Assembly: GCF_964204645.1 (NCBI RefSeq)
Contig: NC_134030.1
Location: 22,032,210 to 22,096,209 of the forward strand
Source of the DNA: Tubulanus polymorphus
Lineage: Eukaryota; Animalia; Nemertea
Reading direction: 5' to 3'
DNA length: 64,000 nt
Both the position numbers and the translations under genes were made by a program. Below are positions 1 through 34,400 of the stretch, piece by piece. The notes beneath the pieces were generated by a model. It was not told the origin of the DNA. It searched no databases and worked only from the letters and a program-made list of their open reading frames with translations. Every line of letters starts with the position of its first letter. The stretch's first letter is position 1.

Positions 1-60
1 TTACTGCACATATTCTCAGATATCGGTTTGATAATTTTAGGTGTTGTTTTCTCTTTGTAG

Positions 61-22240
<22,180 letters not shown>

Positions 22241-23324
22241 TACCTAGCCGTCGTACCCCAAAAGGTTTGATTTGACACTAAAATCAGTTGTTGCATTGCA
22301 AGAATCAGGAGTTAACCTCTAATGGACAGTTTATCATCAAACGTTGAAGGGAACCCGTAACAACGACTGGTATTCAGACTAGTACACAGGATTATAACCG
22401 CCAGTCTCTAGTGGTGGAACTGGGTCTGGGTGGAACTGGGTGTAACTCACAACTGTGGAACTGTGTTTTGTATCACGCTATTATCAAGATGTTTGTTAAT
22501 CTCTTTTTGGGCTCGAATCATTTGAGATTTTATACGAAAAGAAAAAGAAAAAGAGATGAACACAGTTTCTAATAAAATATTTATCTTTGTTATTTGGTTG
22601 TATGTAATTTCTGCGCTATTTGATTACTGTAGATCATTGATTAATTATTGCTGAAACAACTAATTATAATAACATAAGTTAATCATAAAATATATTTTTT
22701 GCTTTCATAAACTCTCATAAAATACTGATTATATATTTCTCGTTTTTCGGCGTCGTATCTGTTTTTTTTCGCTAGCGAGAAAACTTCTCTTTGTTTTGCT
22801 GAAATCTGTGAAGGTTCACATTTGATTGTTTGACTTTTATCAGTCAAAATACTGAAATGTGCTAAAATATACAGTGTAACTGAAGTAGATGAAATACAGT
22901 GTAACTGAATGATTGCAGTATTGTACCGTAGTTGTAACTATATCGAGCAGAAATAAATTGTAAACGAAATTGCTTTTTGCTAAATCATCAGCGGTTGTTC
23001 TTGGGGAATATTAGGCCTACATTATCGTCCAACTTACGCTGTATAACTGTATTTTGATACAATGTAACTGGTTTACTGTTTTACTATACATAAAATATGT
23101 GTTAAGTTAAAAACTGTAAATATGCATTACTGATTGATTTGATAAGTTACTGCATTACTGATTGGTTTGATTGATCATTGAAAACTGTGATAAGTTTTAT
23201 TCCATTTGAAAAAGTTTTAAAAAACTTCGTGCTGTATTTTTTGCTAGAAATTGCTAATAATGTAACGTGCTAATTTTTTGCTTTATTCGCTTAAATAAAA
23301 TAATTTATCTATGTAAATAAAGTC

Positions 23325-23505
23325 ATTTATTTCTTTTCTATCAACTGCAGCCGGAGTAGAATCGACCCCGGGTCGGATGAGGTTGACCCTTGGTCATGTC
23401 CAATCTTACCAATAGCTTCCCGTTAACCCAAACTCTAGCCGAATAGGACGCGAACCTAAAATCTTCGGTGTGCCAGCCGGGCACGCTAACCACTAGGCCA
23501 TAGAC
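23325..23505 (-). mobile_element. tRNA-derived SINE
   Basis: Minus strand: A box TGGCCTAGTGG, B box GGTTCGCGTCC, non-tRNA body and A-rich tail. Confidence 0.6.
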
Positions 23506-24243
23506 AAATAGTTCTTCAACGGGTTTGTAAATGCGTCTGATCAGTGTGGTGAACATTTATCTGTGGTGACTATCAGTCGGGTGTGTGGTGACTGATGACC
23601 ATTCAGGTGCGGTGACTGTCGAGTCAGATGTGGAGACACTATTCACTAACAGTGCCCGCTCTATCATTCTGTGTTACAGTTACAGCAGTTTCAATGCAAT
23701 TGTCAGCAATTTCTAAGGAAGTCGTTTTGTCCTGCAGCTCCTAAAAGTTGCCTCTTTTTCCATAGATGAAGTAGTCAAAATCACACCTTGTATCCATCTC
23801 TGAGACCTCTGCCTTCGCGACATCGTGAATGTATTTTACAATCTCTCGGAATTAATATCTTTTATTGTATTTCATTAAGATTTTCTAATTGATATCTAAA
23901 AGTTTGATAATTTTTGATTTTTCAGTTTCTAAAAATGTATACCTTATTTTGAGTGGAATGGATTGATTTTAGTAGAGACCCGCAGTTTATGGAGCGTAGA
24001 TGGATTATAAAAGTAATAGTTCATTGACTCCAATAGGTGTAACATGCGATACATTGTTAAACCATTCTTGTCGTACGTGGCGTTGACCTCTTTTACCCGA
24101 CTGGTATTTCTTCACACCTAAAGGTGCTCGCACATGTCTCCCGTTATATCAAACGAGCACCGATACCTCTTGTGAAAAAATCATGAAATTCAACGAAAAG
24201 CTTAAGATGTAACTGATTAAAGGTGAGTTTGTTGAAGTATTTA

Positions 24244-24551
24244 ACTCCACTCCAGTCGGATCTGTTCAACTCGGAGATAACCGTTCAACTCGGAGATAAC
24301 CGTTCAACTCGGAGATAACCGTTCAACTCGGAGATAACCGATCAACTCGGAGATAACCGATCAACTCGGAGATAACCGTTCAACTCTGAGATAACCGATT
24401 AATCAGAGATAACCGTTCAACTCGGATGTTGAAATATGTTTTTACGGCAGTATTTAAGAAATACATATCATCCAACTCGGATATCCCTCATCAAGTCGGA
24501 CACGTTTTTTTGCGGTTCCAAAAGATCCGACTTGAGCGGAGTCTACTGTAT
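24244..24551. mobile_element. MITE carrying a 19-bp tandem repeat (GTTCAACTCGGAGATAACC); paralog at 49893-50179
   Basis: Inverted ends ACTCCACTCCAGTCGGATC / GATCCGACTTGAGCGGAGTCTACTGTA; about 8 internal repeat units. Confidence 0.6.
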
Positions 24552-24933
24552 TCAAGAATAAGAGTCAAACTTATATACTAGGCCTATATGCCACAATTTT
24601 ATTATTCAATTTTCTGACCTAAATTCTAAAATTCTAGTGAAACTTTCGACGATTTTGAAATATTTTCTGAAAGCGGTGAAAACTATGCATTTTGTACAAA
24701 AATAAATTTACAAAGCAGTCACTATTTGTGCCCCTGGACTTTGGACCCCGGGGCTGATATGAAGGTCATACGATTATTGAAGGACGACCAGTGATTTTAA
24801 CACCTTTCGCTTCCTGCTCAACGCTCGAATATATTGAATGTATCACCGGCGCTGATCATCAAAATCTTATCTTTAACTTCCTCAATTATCAGACAAAGTG
24901 GAACTCGATTTTTATTCTGTACTCTGTATCACA

Positions 24934-27900
24934 ATGATGAACACACGTTTATTCGTAATAATCTACATAGTTTTATTAAAACTTGGAAACTTAAACACCG
25001 CAGAAACATCTGGAAATAAGACGCATAATTCAAGTAAGTCACTTGAACCAATGATAGCTTTTCTGTTGTGTCGATTTCATAGATTTCTGTCGATGAGAAT
25101 TCAACAATTCAAGGTGTTTGAGACTCCCCGTACATAGGTCTAGCTATACTAACGGGATCTATAAAGGGCCTGTCATGTGAATAAATTTCCTAGAAGATGT
25201 TGCAGGCCCGTATGCTGCCTTTCTTTGTTGTGGGCAGTTCTCGATTACTGTATAGGAGGGGAGCGTTTTGTGGGGATTCCCCAAGAAAACTTTGATCATT
25301 TAAAGCCGTCAGTTTGAATTCATTATGTATAGCTGTAAACAAACGACTGTGTAGGACGATACGTGATGGGAAATGTAGTCTAAAAATTCGGAACTAGAGA
25401 TTTTGCTGGGGGGGGGGGGGGTCACGTGGTGGAAAAAGGACCTCAATAGATTATTCGAAGTTTGTGCGTTTGTTTCATAGACTATTCATATTTATTTATT
25501 CGTTTCAGTGATTTATCCGAAGCCTGTTCCCGATGGAAAACCCGACATCAAAACAAAAGGACAGACGATTGAATATATTTGTAGAACTAGTGTTAAATAT
25601 CCTACAGTTATATTCCAAAAGAAGAGAAGAGATTCAGAACAATGGGAAACAATTCCAGACGAACTGATTCGTATAACTAGAAATGTGAAACATATTACTT
25701 CTGCTTCACTAGAATTCAAAGCAGATTTCAAACTGCACAATGGAACAACATTTAGATGTCTCGTTCTTAAGGAAGGCCAAACAGATTTTGATTATCTTCA
25801 GTTTGATCTAATCGTAGTTCATCGAACTGGTAAGTAACAGTTTTAAAATGTGAACCTTCCCAGTCTGGAATCCTGCTACTAAATAAACATCGAATCTATC
25901 AAAACAAATTAATATTGAAACACAGCATCTCTGTTACTTTTAAATTACTTCGCAGTCGATTGCATGGATTTATAGTTTAGCAGCTACGTATCAAAAGTGC
26001 GTTTATTGTAGCGTATGACATGTACATTTTAATGCATTCTGGAACTTATAGAAATGATTCTCAAATTGACGGCCATACGACTCAGCGTGAAATTCATATT
26101 TCTGTTTAACGGATGAACATAGCCGACAGTTTAATTTGTTGTAGCTTCCTCTTTCATATACCCGTCATTTGTTCATCCATTTCTATCTCCGCACAAACAT
26201 ATCTTCTTGTGTCAACTACTAATTTCAAGGTCGCTTGATGAGTTGTTGATTTTAGATGCTGTATATTTGATATCTAAAAACCTGAATTTCTTCATTTAAA
26301 AAGTAAAAAATTGTCGCCCTCGTCACTTTTGGAATTGGGAATAAGGTTTTTTATTTATGTCTTTTTATTTCAAAAGGGATGTAAAAATAATAAGTATCGG
26401 CCGTTCTTGTAACTTTACCAAAAAGGGGTCGATGAGGAACACCATATTTATTTGCGTGGCCTTAATGCACGCGTCAGTAAACTAACCAAACTAAACCCAA
26501 CCACAAACAGTCAAAGTTACTTTCTACATTTGATTGTTTTTCTCATTTCAGATTTGAATCAAATCCCGGCGACTGAAATCAGTAAATCAGGGTCAGTATC
26601 TATTTCACTTAGCGCACTACAAATAAATCATATTCTATATGTGAATCATTTCTTTGTTGTCGATGCTTTTTGTGAAATAATTTTGAATTGATATCTCACT
26701 CGTCTCATTGGCTTCCGATTAACAGTTCACCAATCATTATTCATCTCAATTTTCACATTTTGCCACAAAAGGTAACAGTAAGGGCAATTGCAAAATATGT
26801 GACCTCGATATCGCTACCACAAGCCCTGCCTTTTCACATCTGGGCCCAGTTGCACAGTCTTGGCTTAAGTCCAAAAGTCCTCTTAAACCTTAAGACTGGT
26901 CATAAGTTGTTAGATCTAGTATAAAAGAAAGTTGGTCTTAGACCAGTGTTAAATCTAAGCCATGACTGTGCAACCGGCCCCAGTTGCACGGTCGTGACTT
27001 AAGTCCAAAAGTGGTCATAATCTTAAGACTGTCCTTAATTTATTAGATTGGCTTTAGAACTAAGTTGGTCTTAGACTGGTCTTAAGTCTAAGCCATGACT
27101 ATGCAACTGGCCTCTGTTCTGCTGATTTATCTTAATTGTAAATTTCGTCCTTTTCATTCAGAGTTCGTCTGCTTACTGCTGAAAATGTGGCCTCGAAAAA
27201 CAAGGTCATTATAAATTTAAGTAATAATCAAACTAACTTGTCAAATAAAGTTCCCCGGATCCCAGACACAGAGTCGAATTAAACCCACTGAACTGTGAAC
27301 CTCGATTTAGGATATAAAAGCGAATTGAATTTTATAATATAAACTGAATGATTAATTGATTGATATTTGCAGCTTGTGTTGAGGTTTGATTCCATTCTGT
27401 TCGTTTCTAGTTTATACCCGCGAATTGTCATCCGGTATATTCTACATCCTTCGAGTTTTCCTTTTTTTCTTTCTCTGACCAAATCGGTATACAGACTGGA
27501 CCGGACCACAAACCTGACTGGACCATGATGATAATTTACATCGCTTGTGGAGTTATCGGTTTCCTCCTCGTCATCGTTATCATCGTTGTCATCGTCGTTT
27601 GCAGGTTTGTACTCAATAATCTCGGGCAGATTTCATATCTAAGATAATCCACCTATGACGTCATATTAAAACGTGAAATAATTTGATAAATCAGTGACGT
27701 TTCCCAAAAAGATGTCTTCATTCGTAAATTTGTATCTACCCATGCGCCGATTACTGGCTGAGTCAATCTCAAATCAGCAGGAATAATTCAATATCATGAC
27801 CGAAATATCCGAAATCTAAAATCTCTTCACCGCTTAAATCACCCATGTTTCAGACGCAGGCGATTGCCAGGTGAAGGTCGTGTGGAGGTTGCGACACCGC

Positions 27901-28364
27901 AGGTACTCGACGTCTATGACGAGTTGTATGATGACATAGATTCTGTTACTGTAACTGACAAACTGCACACCAGCGATCAGAAAGTTACTACAGATCCGTA
28001 CGTGAATATCGAGACCGGGAACGGCAAAGACACAGCTCCGTACATGGATATGGCAGCCGCGAAGGGTAAAGACACAGCTTCATATATAGATATGGAAGCC
28101 GGGAAGGGCAAAGACACAACTCCTTATATGGATATGGGACCCGGGATAGAAGAGGATACGTACAGGAGTACGGAAACCGGGAAGGACAAACACACAACTC
28201 CTTACACGAATACCGGAGCCGAGAAGCGCAAAGATAGACATAGTTACGTGAATACCGAAGCCGGAAAGGCGCGCCATTTGAAGAAAGATACTGATGAACC
28301 CGTGAAAGATGATGTTGAACTTTATTCTTACGCTACTGTTCAATATACTCGCAATAGGCGTTAG
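24934..28364 (+). CDS. R-Tyr copy 1: single-Ig-domain type I membrane receptor with a tyrosine-repeat cytoplasmic tail
   Basis: Exons: 24934-25033 (signal peptide MMNTRLFVIIYIVLLKLG), 25509-25829 (Ig-like, YIC...W...FRC), 26552-26591 and 27162-27204 (stalk, less certain), 27495-27604 (TM IIYIACGVIGFLLVIVIIVVIVVC), 27854-28364 (RRRR + tail with 12 Tyr). Phases join in frame. Likely 5' UTR exon donor near 24222. Confidence 0.8.
25509..25829 (+). CDS. Ig-like domain exon of R-Tyr copy 1
   Basis: 321-nt phase-1 exon (tttcag / gtaagt) with two Cys, a Trp and the FKADFKLHNGTTFRC motif; matches ORF 25508..25837. Confidence 0.8.
26840..27116. mobile_element. Tandem pair of about 140-bp palindromic MITEs (single copy at 52494-52636; fragments near 36840, 38870, 61950)
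   Basis: TIR GGGCCCAGTTGCACAGTC / GACTGTGCAACCGGCCCC. Confidence 0.7.
27854..28364 (+). CDS. Terminal exon of R-Tyr copy 1: Tyr-motif repeat cytoplasmic tail
   Basis: Acceptor tttcag; ORF 27864..28364; 42-bp/14-aa repeats such as PYMDMAAAKGKDTA. Confidence 0.8.
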
Positions 28365-30091
28365 AGGGCGCCATTGAGCAAACGACTACTGATTATACAT
28401 ATGCAAAACATAAGGCTAGAAACAATTGATTATTTTTCATAATCTGCTGAGCTCAAAAGTTGAATCAGCTGCATGCATACATTATTTCTTTCTAAAAATA
28501 ACAGACCCGACAGTTTTAGTAATGAACTGACTACATATCTTATTCTAGTTCACAAAAATGTTCGGGTCGACTAGGAGAAACAATTAGGTATGATTCACTA
28601 GCCTAAGTTTTAAGTTTTTGATATACACGGCATTTGTAGATTAGACTAAGAAACATCAATTCACTTCAACAATCATTCAAATTCCACTTTTAGCAAAATC
28701 CACATGGAGAATGCTTCAGTTTACAGGGCAGTATATATTTTATGATATTCAGCTACCAATGGCCTATAGTTCGTAGACTCTTATGAGGAGTTTTAAGTGC
28801 CAAATTGACTTGTCAATCATCTTCAGGGGCGGATCCAAGTAAGGCCGAAGCCTCCCCTTATCTCTTTTGCCAAGAAAATATTTTCACAACATGGATAAGG
28901 AATGTAACAAATATAGTAGAAAGTCTTTGTCATTCATTTTGTACTTGATTTACTCTAGATGCCCCCAGAAAATGATCCAATCCTGATTCCCCTAAAAAGA
29001 TATATAAAATATGGTATAAAATCCGTCAGTCTTATTCTTTTCTTGATGATTTCTTTTCTTTTTTCCTCTTTTACTACTTCGGTCAAACAAGATACATTAC
29101 ACGATGGTAAAAGCTTTCCTAAAATAGATGTGTTTTAAGATTTCATTCAGAAGTATCGACGGATGAGGATTCCGGAATACTGGACGGTCAAACATTCCAC
29201 ATTGTTGGGACAGTGAACTTCAAAGCTCTATTGCCAAATGACCTTCTTGGAGACAGGTTTGACTAGAGGTGTTATCATTTATATCGACTCATATTCTATT
29301 CATCCATTATTAGATCAAGCACATTCTAATGATCTTAACATTTTATCAATATGTTCATTTCAGTTACTTTCACTTTGTCTCACTTTAAACCCATGTTTTA
29401 GTCTCTGGTTTGCAATTACACATTTTTTCATTTAATCAGACGGTTCACAGATCATTTCGTGCCTCGATATTTACCAACCAATCACTTCGTGCCTCGATAT
29501 TTACCAACCAATGATATGTAGATGAACCGACCGATGTGTTTTACCAGGTGTTATCATTTATATTGACTCATATTCTATTCATGCACAGCGTTTATCGTTG
29601 ACTCAATACATTTTCATAGTTCTATTATTCACCCTCTAAGGATTATATTTTAGTGGATACTTCCATTTTTCCACATATTTTCTTCGGGCTGATAGAACAT
29701 CTTATGTGAAGTTAACAATTGATCGATCAGATTTTTTGACTTTTTAAATGCATCAGAATCGAGGATTAGTTGCTTTGTTTATGGATATTTAGAGTAGTTT
29801 CACTTTGTTTTTATTTCATTAAGGTAAAAATCATTTCCTCCTCTTTTCACATCTGGGTTTCGTTTCATGAAAAGTTTTAAGCTTTAGACAGTTAAATATG
29901 AATTGTTGTCCTCATTACAAACTTGAAGTAACCAATCATAGCAGCTGAACTTGAGAGATTCAAGTTATTTTTACTCTGTTTTGTAATATTGGACCCTGAG
30001 CGAGACTCCTGGTTTTGATGTACACATGTCTTGTATGCAGTGACTATCCATCACTTGGACGTTACCAAAAATACAAATGAAATTGAAATGC

Positions 30092-30276
30092 TGGTCGAAT
30101 TTATACTAGGAATAGTTCGTTAACTCATTCGTCGCCTAGGAATCGAATTGACGTTTCGTCTTCGTAGTTCTCAACTTCCGCGACGATTCTAAAATGAGAA
30201 CTACTAAACCGAAACGTAATTTCGATTCCTAGGTAGTTAAAGAAATACGATCTTATTCCTAGAATTAATTCGGCCA
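30092..30276. mobile_element. Palindromic MITE-like element (paralog at 55628-55812)
   Basis: TGGTCGAATTTATACTAGGAATA ... TATTCCTAGAATTAATTCGGCCA; whole-length imperfect hairpin. Confidence 0.6.
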
Positions 30277-31488
30277 TCATATCGCAAACCCCCAATCAGT
30301 CGCTTGCCGGCTCTGCCAAGACTGAAGATCCTTTCAGAATCGAATCAATTATACCAAGATAAGATATTTATTTCACTCCAACCATAAGAATGGTACATGG
30401 AGGCAAGATTGAATACAAAATATGAAATATAAAAATTTACAAAACATAAACAGAATTTTATACATATATACTTTCAGACGAAGCAAATGGGAAAATAATT
30501 CTATAACAAAGTTAAGATCCAATTTTTCAGTAAAACAATTTACAGACAAAGCAAGTACAGAGATTGAATTATATACAGCAAAATATACCACACGTATATA
30601 CATATACACAATTTACTGGAGGGATTTTTATAAACTTAAACCTAACTCGATAAATTGAGCTATTTGTGGGTTAGGATTCGTTAATATTTCAGAGTTTCTG
30701 GACATACTTAAATGGATGGAATTATCACGCATATCATATAACATTAATGAAATGCAGGTCATCTCCTCTCTGACTACGTTACAGGCGGGGCACAGTCTTT
30801 CACTTCTGTATGAGCGTTCGATCGATTATCTACCGGTAACAAATAGGAACCAATTCTGAATTCGAATGAGCTATAACGCGCAAGACGATACTTTCAAATT
30901 TTCAGATATTTTCTTGAACATGTGAATTTAAAAATCGATCATGTATAAGTTTGTTAGACTTTTAAGTGCATATCAGAATGGGTTCACTTAGAATGGTTTA
31001 GTTTGATAGAATAGTTTTACTTTTCTGATAAACCGTTTTTTTTTTCATTAAGGAAAAACTCACTTTTTCCTAGACTCACTACACACCAGAGTTTGGTTTA
31101 CTCCAGACGGTTATATTTGAAATCCATTATGAGTTTGAATTACTGTCCTCATTAAAAACTTAAGTCCTCACCTCATCAAGTTTTCTTCACTTTTTTGTGA
31201 ATCGGACCCTGACCTACTAGTCTCCTAGACTTGATGTATATCTGTCTGCGGTAAAACATTGAACACTTTTAATTTTTGAACACCATTAATTTCCTATTCT
31301 TTTTGCATACCGGTAGAGATATTTACATCTTAACAATTGAACACCTCGTCTATAGAATTTCATAAAAATGCTTGTCGACAAGAGGTTCCCTGTGGAAGAG
31401 CGTTGTTGTAAGATGTGTTTAACTGTTTTCTGTATGTGACGATGATCTGAGGTTTGTGTCTTTATATCCAGGTAATGAATGAATCAAG

Positions 31489-34400
31489 ATGAGGAATCTA
31501 TGGAGGAATCCGCAGAAGTGTTTAGTGATCTACGTGATTATACTGTTGAATCTCATGGCGTACAACAACAGCCCACAAGCGTTTAGAGTCAAGAGAAATA
31601 CCGGTAAGACAACGTGAAAGAACATATCATAGAGTATATATGGAAAATGTATTACATAAGATAAAACTTATCACCAGACTTTGGAAACTTGTATTTGAAA
31701 TATCTGGGACAAAATGATAGTAGCTGAATAGTCCACTTGAACTGATACATTTACCTCGAATGAAAACCCACAATCTCTCAAGTGTTTTATATTTTACCTT
31801 AAACATTTTAACTATTCAATAATTGTATTTTATCTTCTAAAACTCCATCTGCACTTGATTCTTATACCCGGGTTATGCGTCTCCACTACGCTCGCAACAC
31901 GATGCTGAGTTTTCCGCAAAACCTGGGTTGTAGAAACCGTAGTTGAAAAAGAAGGGTCCACTCCTTATTTAACCACGTTCGCGTAAAACTTTTAGAATTT
32001 TTACTAGAAGTGTAGAAAGTAAACCCGCGCAACGATTGAACTTAAAATTGAACTACAGATTGGTAGAAATCCCACAATAAAATCAGCGAAAGAAATTGAA
32101 ATCAGAATTCAGAATTCATTGTAAACGAGAATATATTTCGAGCAACGTTTCGGCTAAACACAACTATGAGCCAATCATCAGGCGTACCGATACACGAGAT
32201 ATATTTAACAAGATATTTATACAGAAAATGAACTGAAGAATGAGTGATCGAAGTTAAATACAGAGTTACTGTAAAGTTATTCAAAACATAGACAAGGAAA
32301 CAATAGTAGAAAGAGTTAAGCAACAGCAAACAGCAAACTAGGAGTAAAACGAGGAGGTAAATAAAACACAAAACCCGAAACTAAAACGAGGAGGTAAACC
32401 TGAGGGTAATCAAACAATGGCAAAAACATAACAAGGTTAATCAGAGAGTGATTGACTGAGAGAGTGAGGGGAAACAAAGAGGGCAGGCTAGAAGGGAAAA
32501 TTAATATAATGCGGAGACAGGTGAAGCGAGAAATTTTGAGATCAATAAGTTGTGGGGGAAAATCGATATTCGAATTGTGGCAATTTTCCAGATGTTCAAT
32601 TATCAGAGCTGATTTCTTAACGTGTCGTTTGGTTTGATTGGGACAGGGACACCGCACGAATACGTTTGTTCAGTGACTCATGGCATATAATGTATATTTG
32701 ATATTTCAGCACCTGATGGAGTTGTACTGGACAGTGTGAATGTATTACCGGGTACAAGAATATTACGTATATTGTGTATTTGATATTTCAGCACCTGATG
32801 GAGTTGTACTGGACAGTGTGAATGTATTACCGGGTACACCTATGTTACTGTCGCAGGAAGGTAAAACTGTTAGTATTACCTGTAAACAGAGCAGCTCTGC
32901 AGCGACTGGTGTAGCATTCCAGCTACAAGTGAATAATGGACCAGAAGGGATCTGGATTGCATTACCTTCAGAATCAGCACCAGTTTGGGTTTTTCAGCCC
33001 GATGCTCGTAAAATGTATAAATGTGTGGCCATTAATTCAGCCGGAATTAAAGAAAGTCAAATCTACCAATCAGATGTAATCAGTGAGTATGCATCACTTA
33101 TCAAATAATGCTGGGAAAATAGAAAAAAAGTTTCCTGTGCACATGTTATATTTTTTCGTGCATATAACTTTTATTTCAGGTATAAAGATAAATGAAAACC
33201 CGTGTAAACTGCATGAATTCCAACCATCACTAACTTGTACTTGTAAAGCCACTAGTAAGATTGGTAATCCAATCATCAAAGTAAAATGGTATGCTGATGG
33301 ATTTACTGAAGGTTCAACGGATATTGATCAGATTCCCGATCAAGGCGTAAATACTCCGGTGAAAGATGGAGTTATCAACAAGAATCAGATGCGGTTTAAT
33401 TTAATGCTGTACGCAATATTGATTCAATGTCGGTTATGGAAGTATAATGGGATCGAGTTACCGAAAGTAACACTTCAAGAACAAATACTACATCAAACTC
33501 CAATGAACGTTACGTGTAAGTTGGAGAATATTTTCATAAGAGAATTTTCATACGATATCAGAGTGACAATAATGCATGTTACATCATTTATTCTATTGGT
33601 AACTGCCCATAGTTTGAGATTTAAGAGTTACTATTTCATAACGACTGGTGATCATGCCGATGAAATTCTTTCGTTTTAATATTTGGTTCCAAGAAGGTAT
33701 TACGAGTACCGAAGCGAATTGTTAATAATAACATTAAAAGGACTAGAATATGATTGTGCATGAATTTGCTTTTGAAATCGAACCTACTAGAAAACGATTT
33801 CACCTTCTATGATTAGGGCCTAGGCTTAAGATTTTGAGCCCACATGGAAAAATTGCAGCGAAATTGGTAAAAATGTTGACATAAAAAGTTCGTTTCTGTA
33901 ACAATTGTCGTCTTCGGGTATTCTCGTGGCTATATCAGGGATTTTTAATTTGTAATATGGGACAAAGCTTCTTGGACCGGGACAATAGGATCACGCACAA
34001 CTCACCCGAACAAAGGATTCTTTTCATGAGTGCGATAGATACGCCACCTATCGTTGATATGTATTGTTGCAAAAACAAATAAACTATATTACAATATAAT
34101 TATGTCGGGAGTTACACCGTTACATTTCCGTCGATTCAAATTTCGACGCCCTTGATAAACACACATTCCTCGGAGCGCAAGTAATATTTTACCATGTTTT
34201 ATGGACGGACGTTTTCTCGATTTTGCACCGATCAGTGAAATTGAAGTGGATAAACTTGATATCATCCAAAGTATATTTGCATCTTTATCTTTCAGATTTT
34301 CCCGATGAAATTGAAACACCAGATACTTTCACCGGAGAACCTGACATTAGAACTGAAGGAGAAGTTGTAGAATATACTTGTAGAACAGTGATAGGAAGAC

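Noticed and set aside
23430-23505. Possible tRNA gene (also near 49100-49166)
   Set aside because: A and B boxes are present, but there is no convincing acceptor stem and it continues into a SINE-like body
27900-28364. Calling ITAM/ITIM/ITSM motifs in the R-Tyr tail
   Set aside because: Spacing and -2 residues do not fit the strict consensus; reported as YxxM/YxN motifs instead
29238-30658. Near-identical short ORFs duplicated at 54774-56194
   Set aside because: The whole intergenic block is nearly identical, so ORF conservation is uninformative; no coding features
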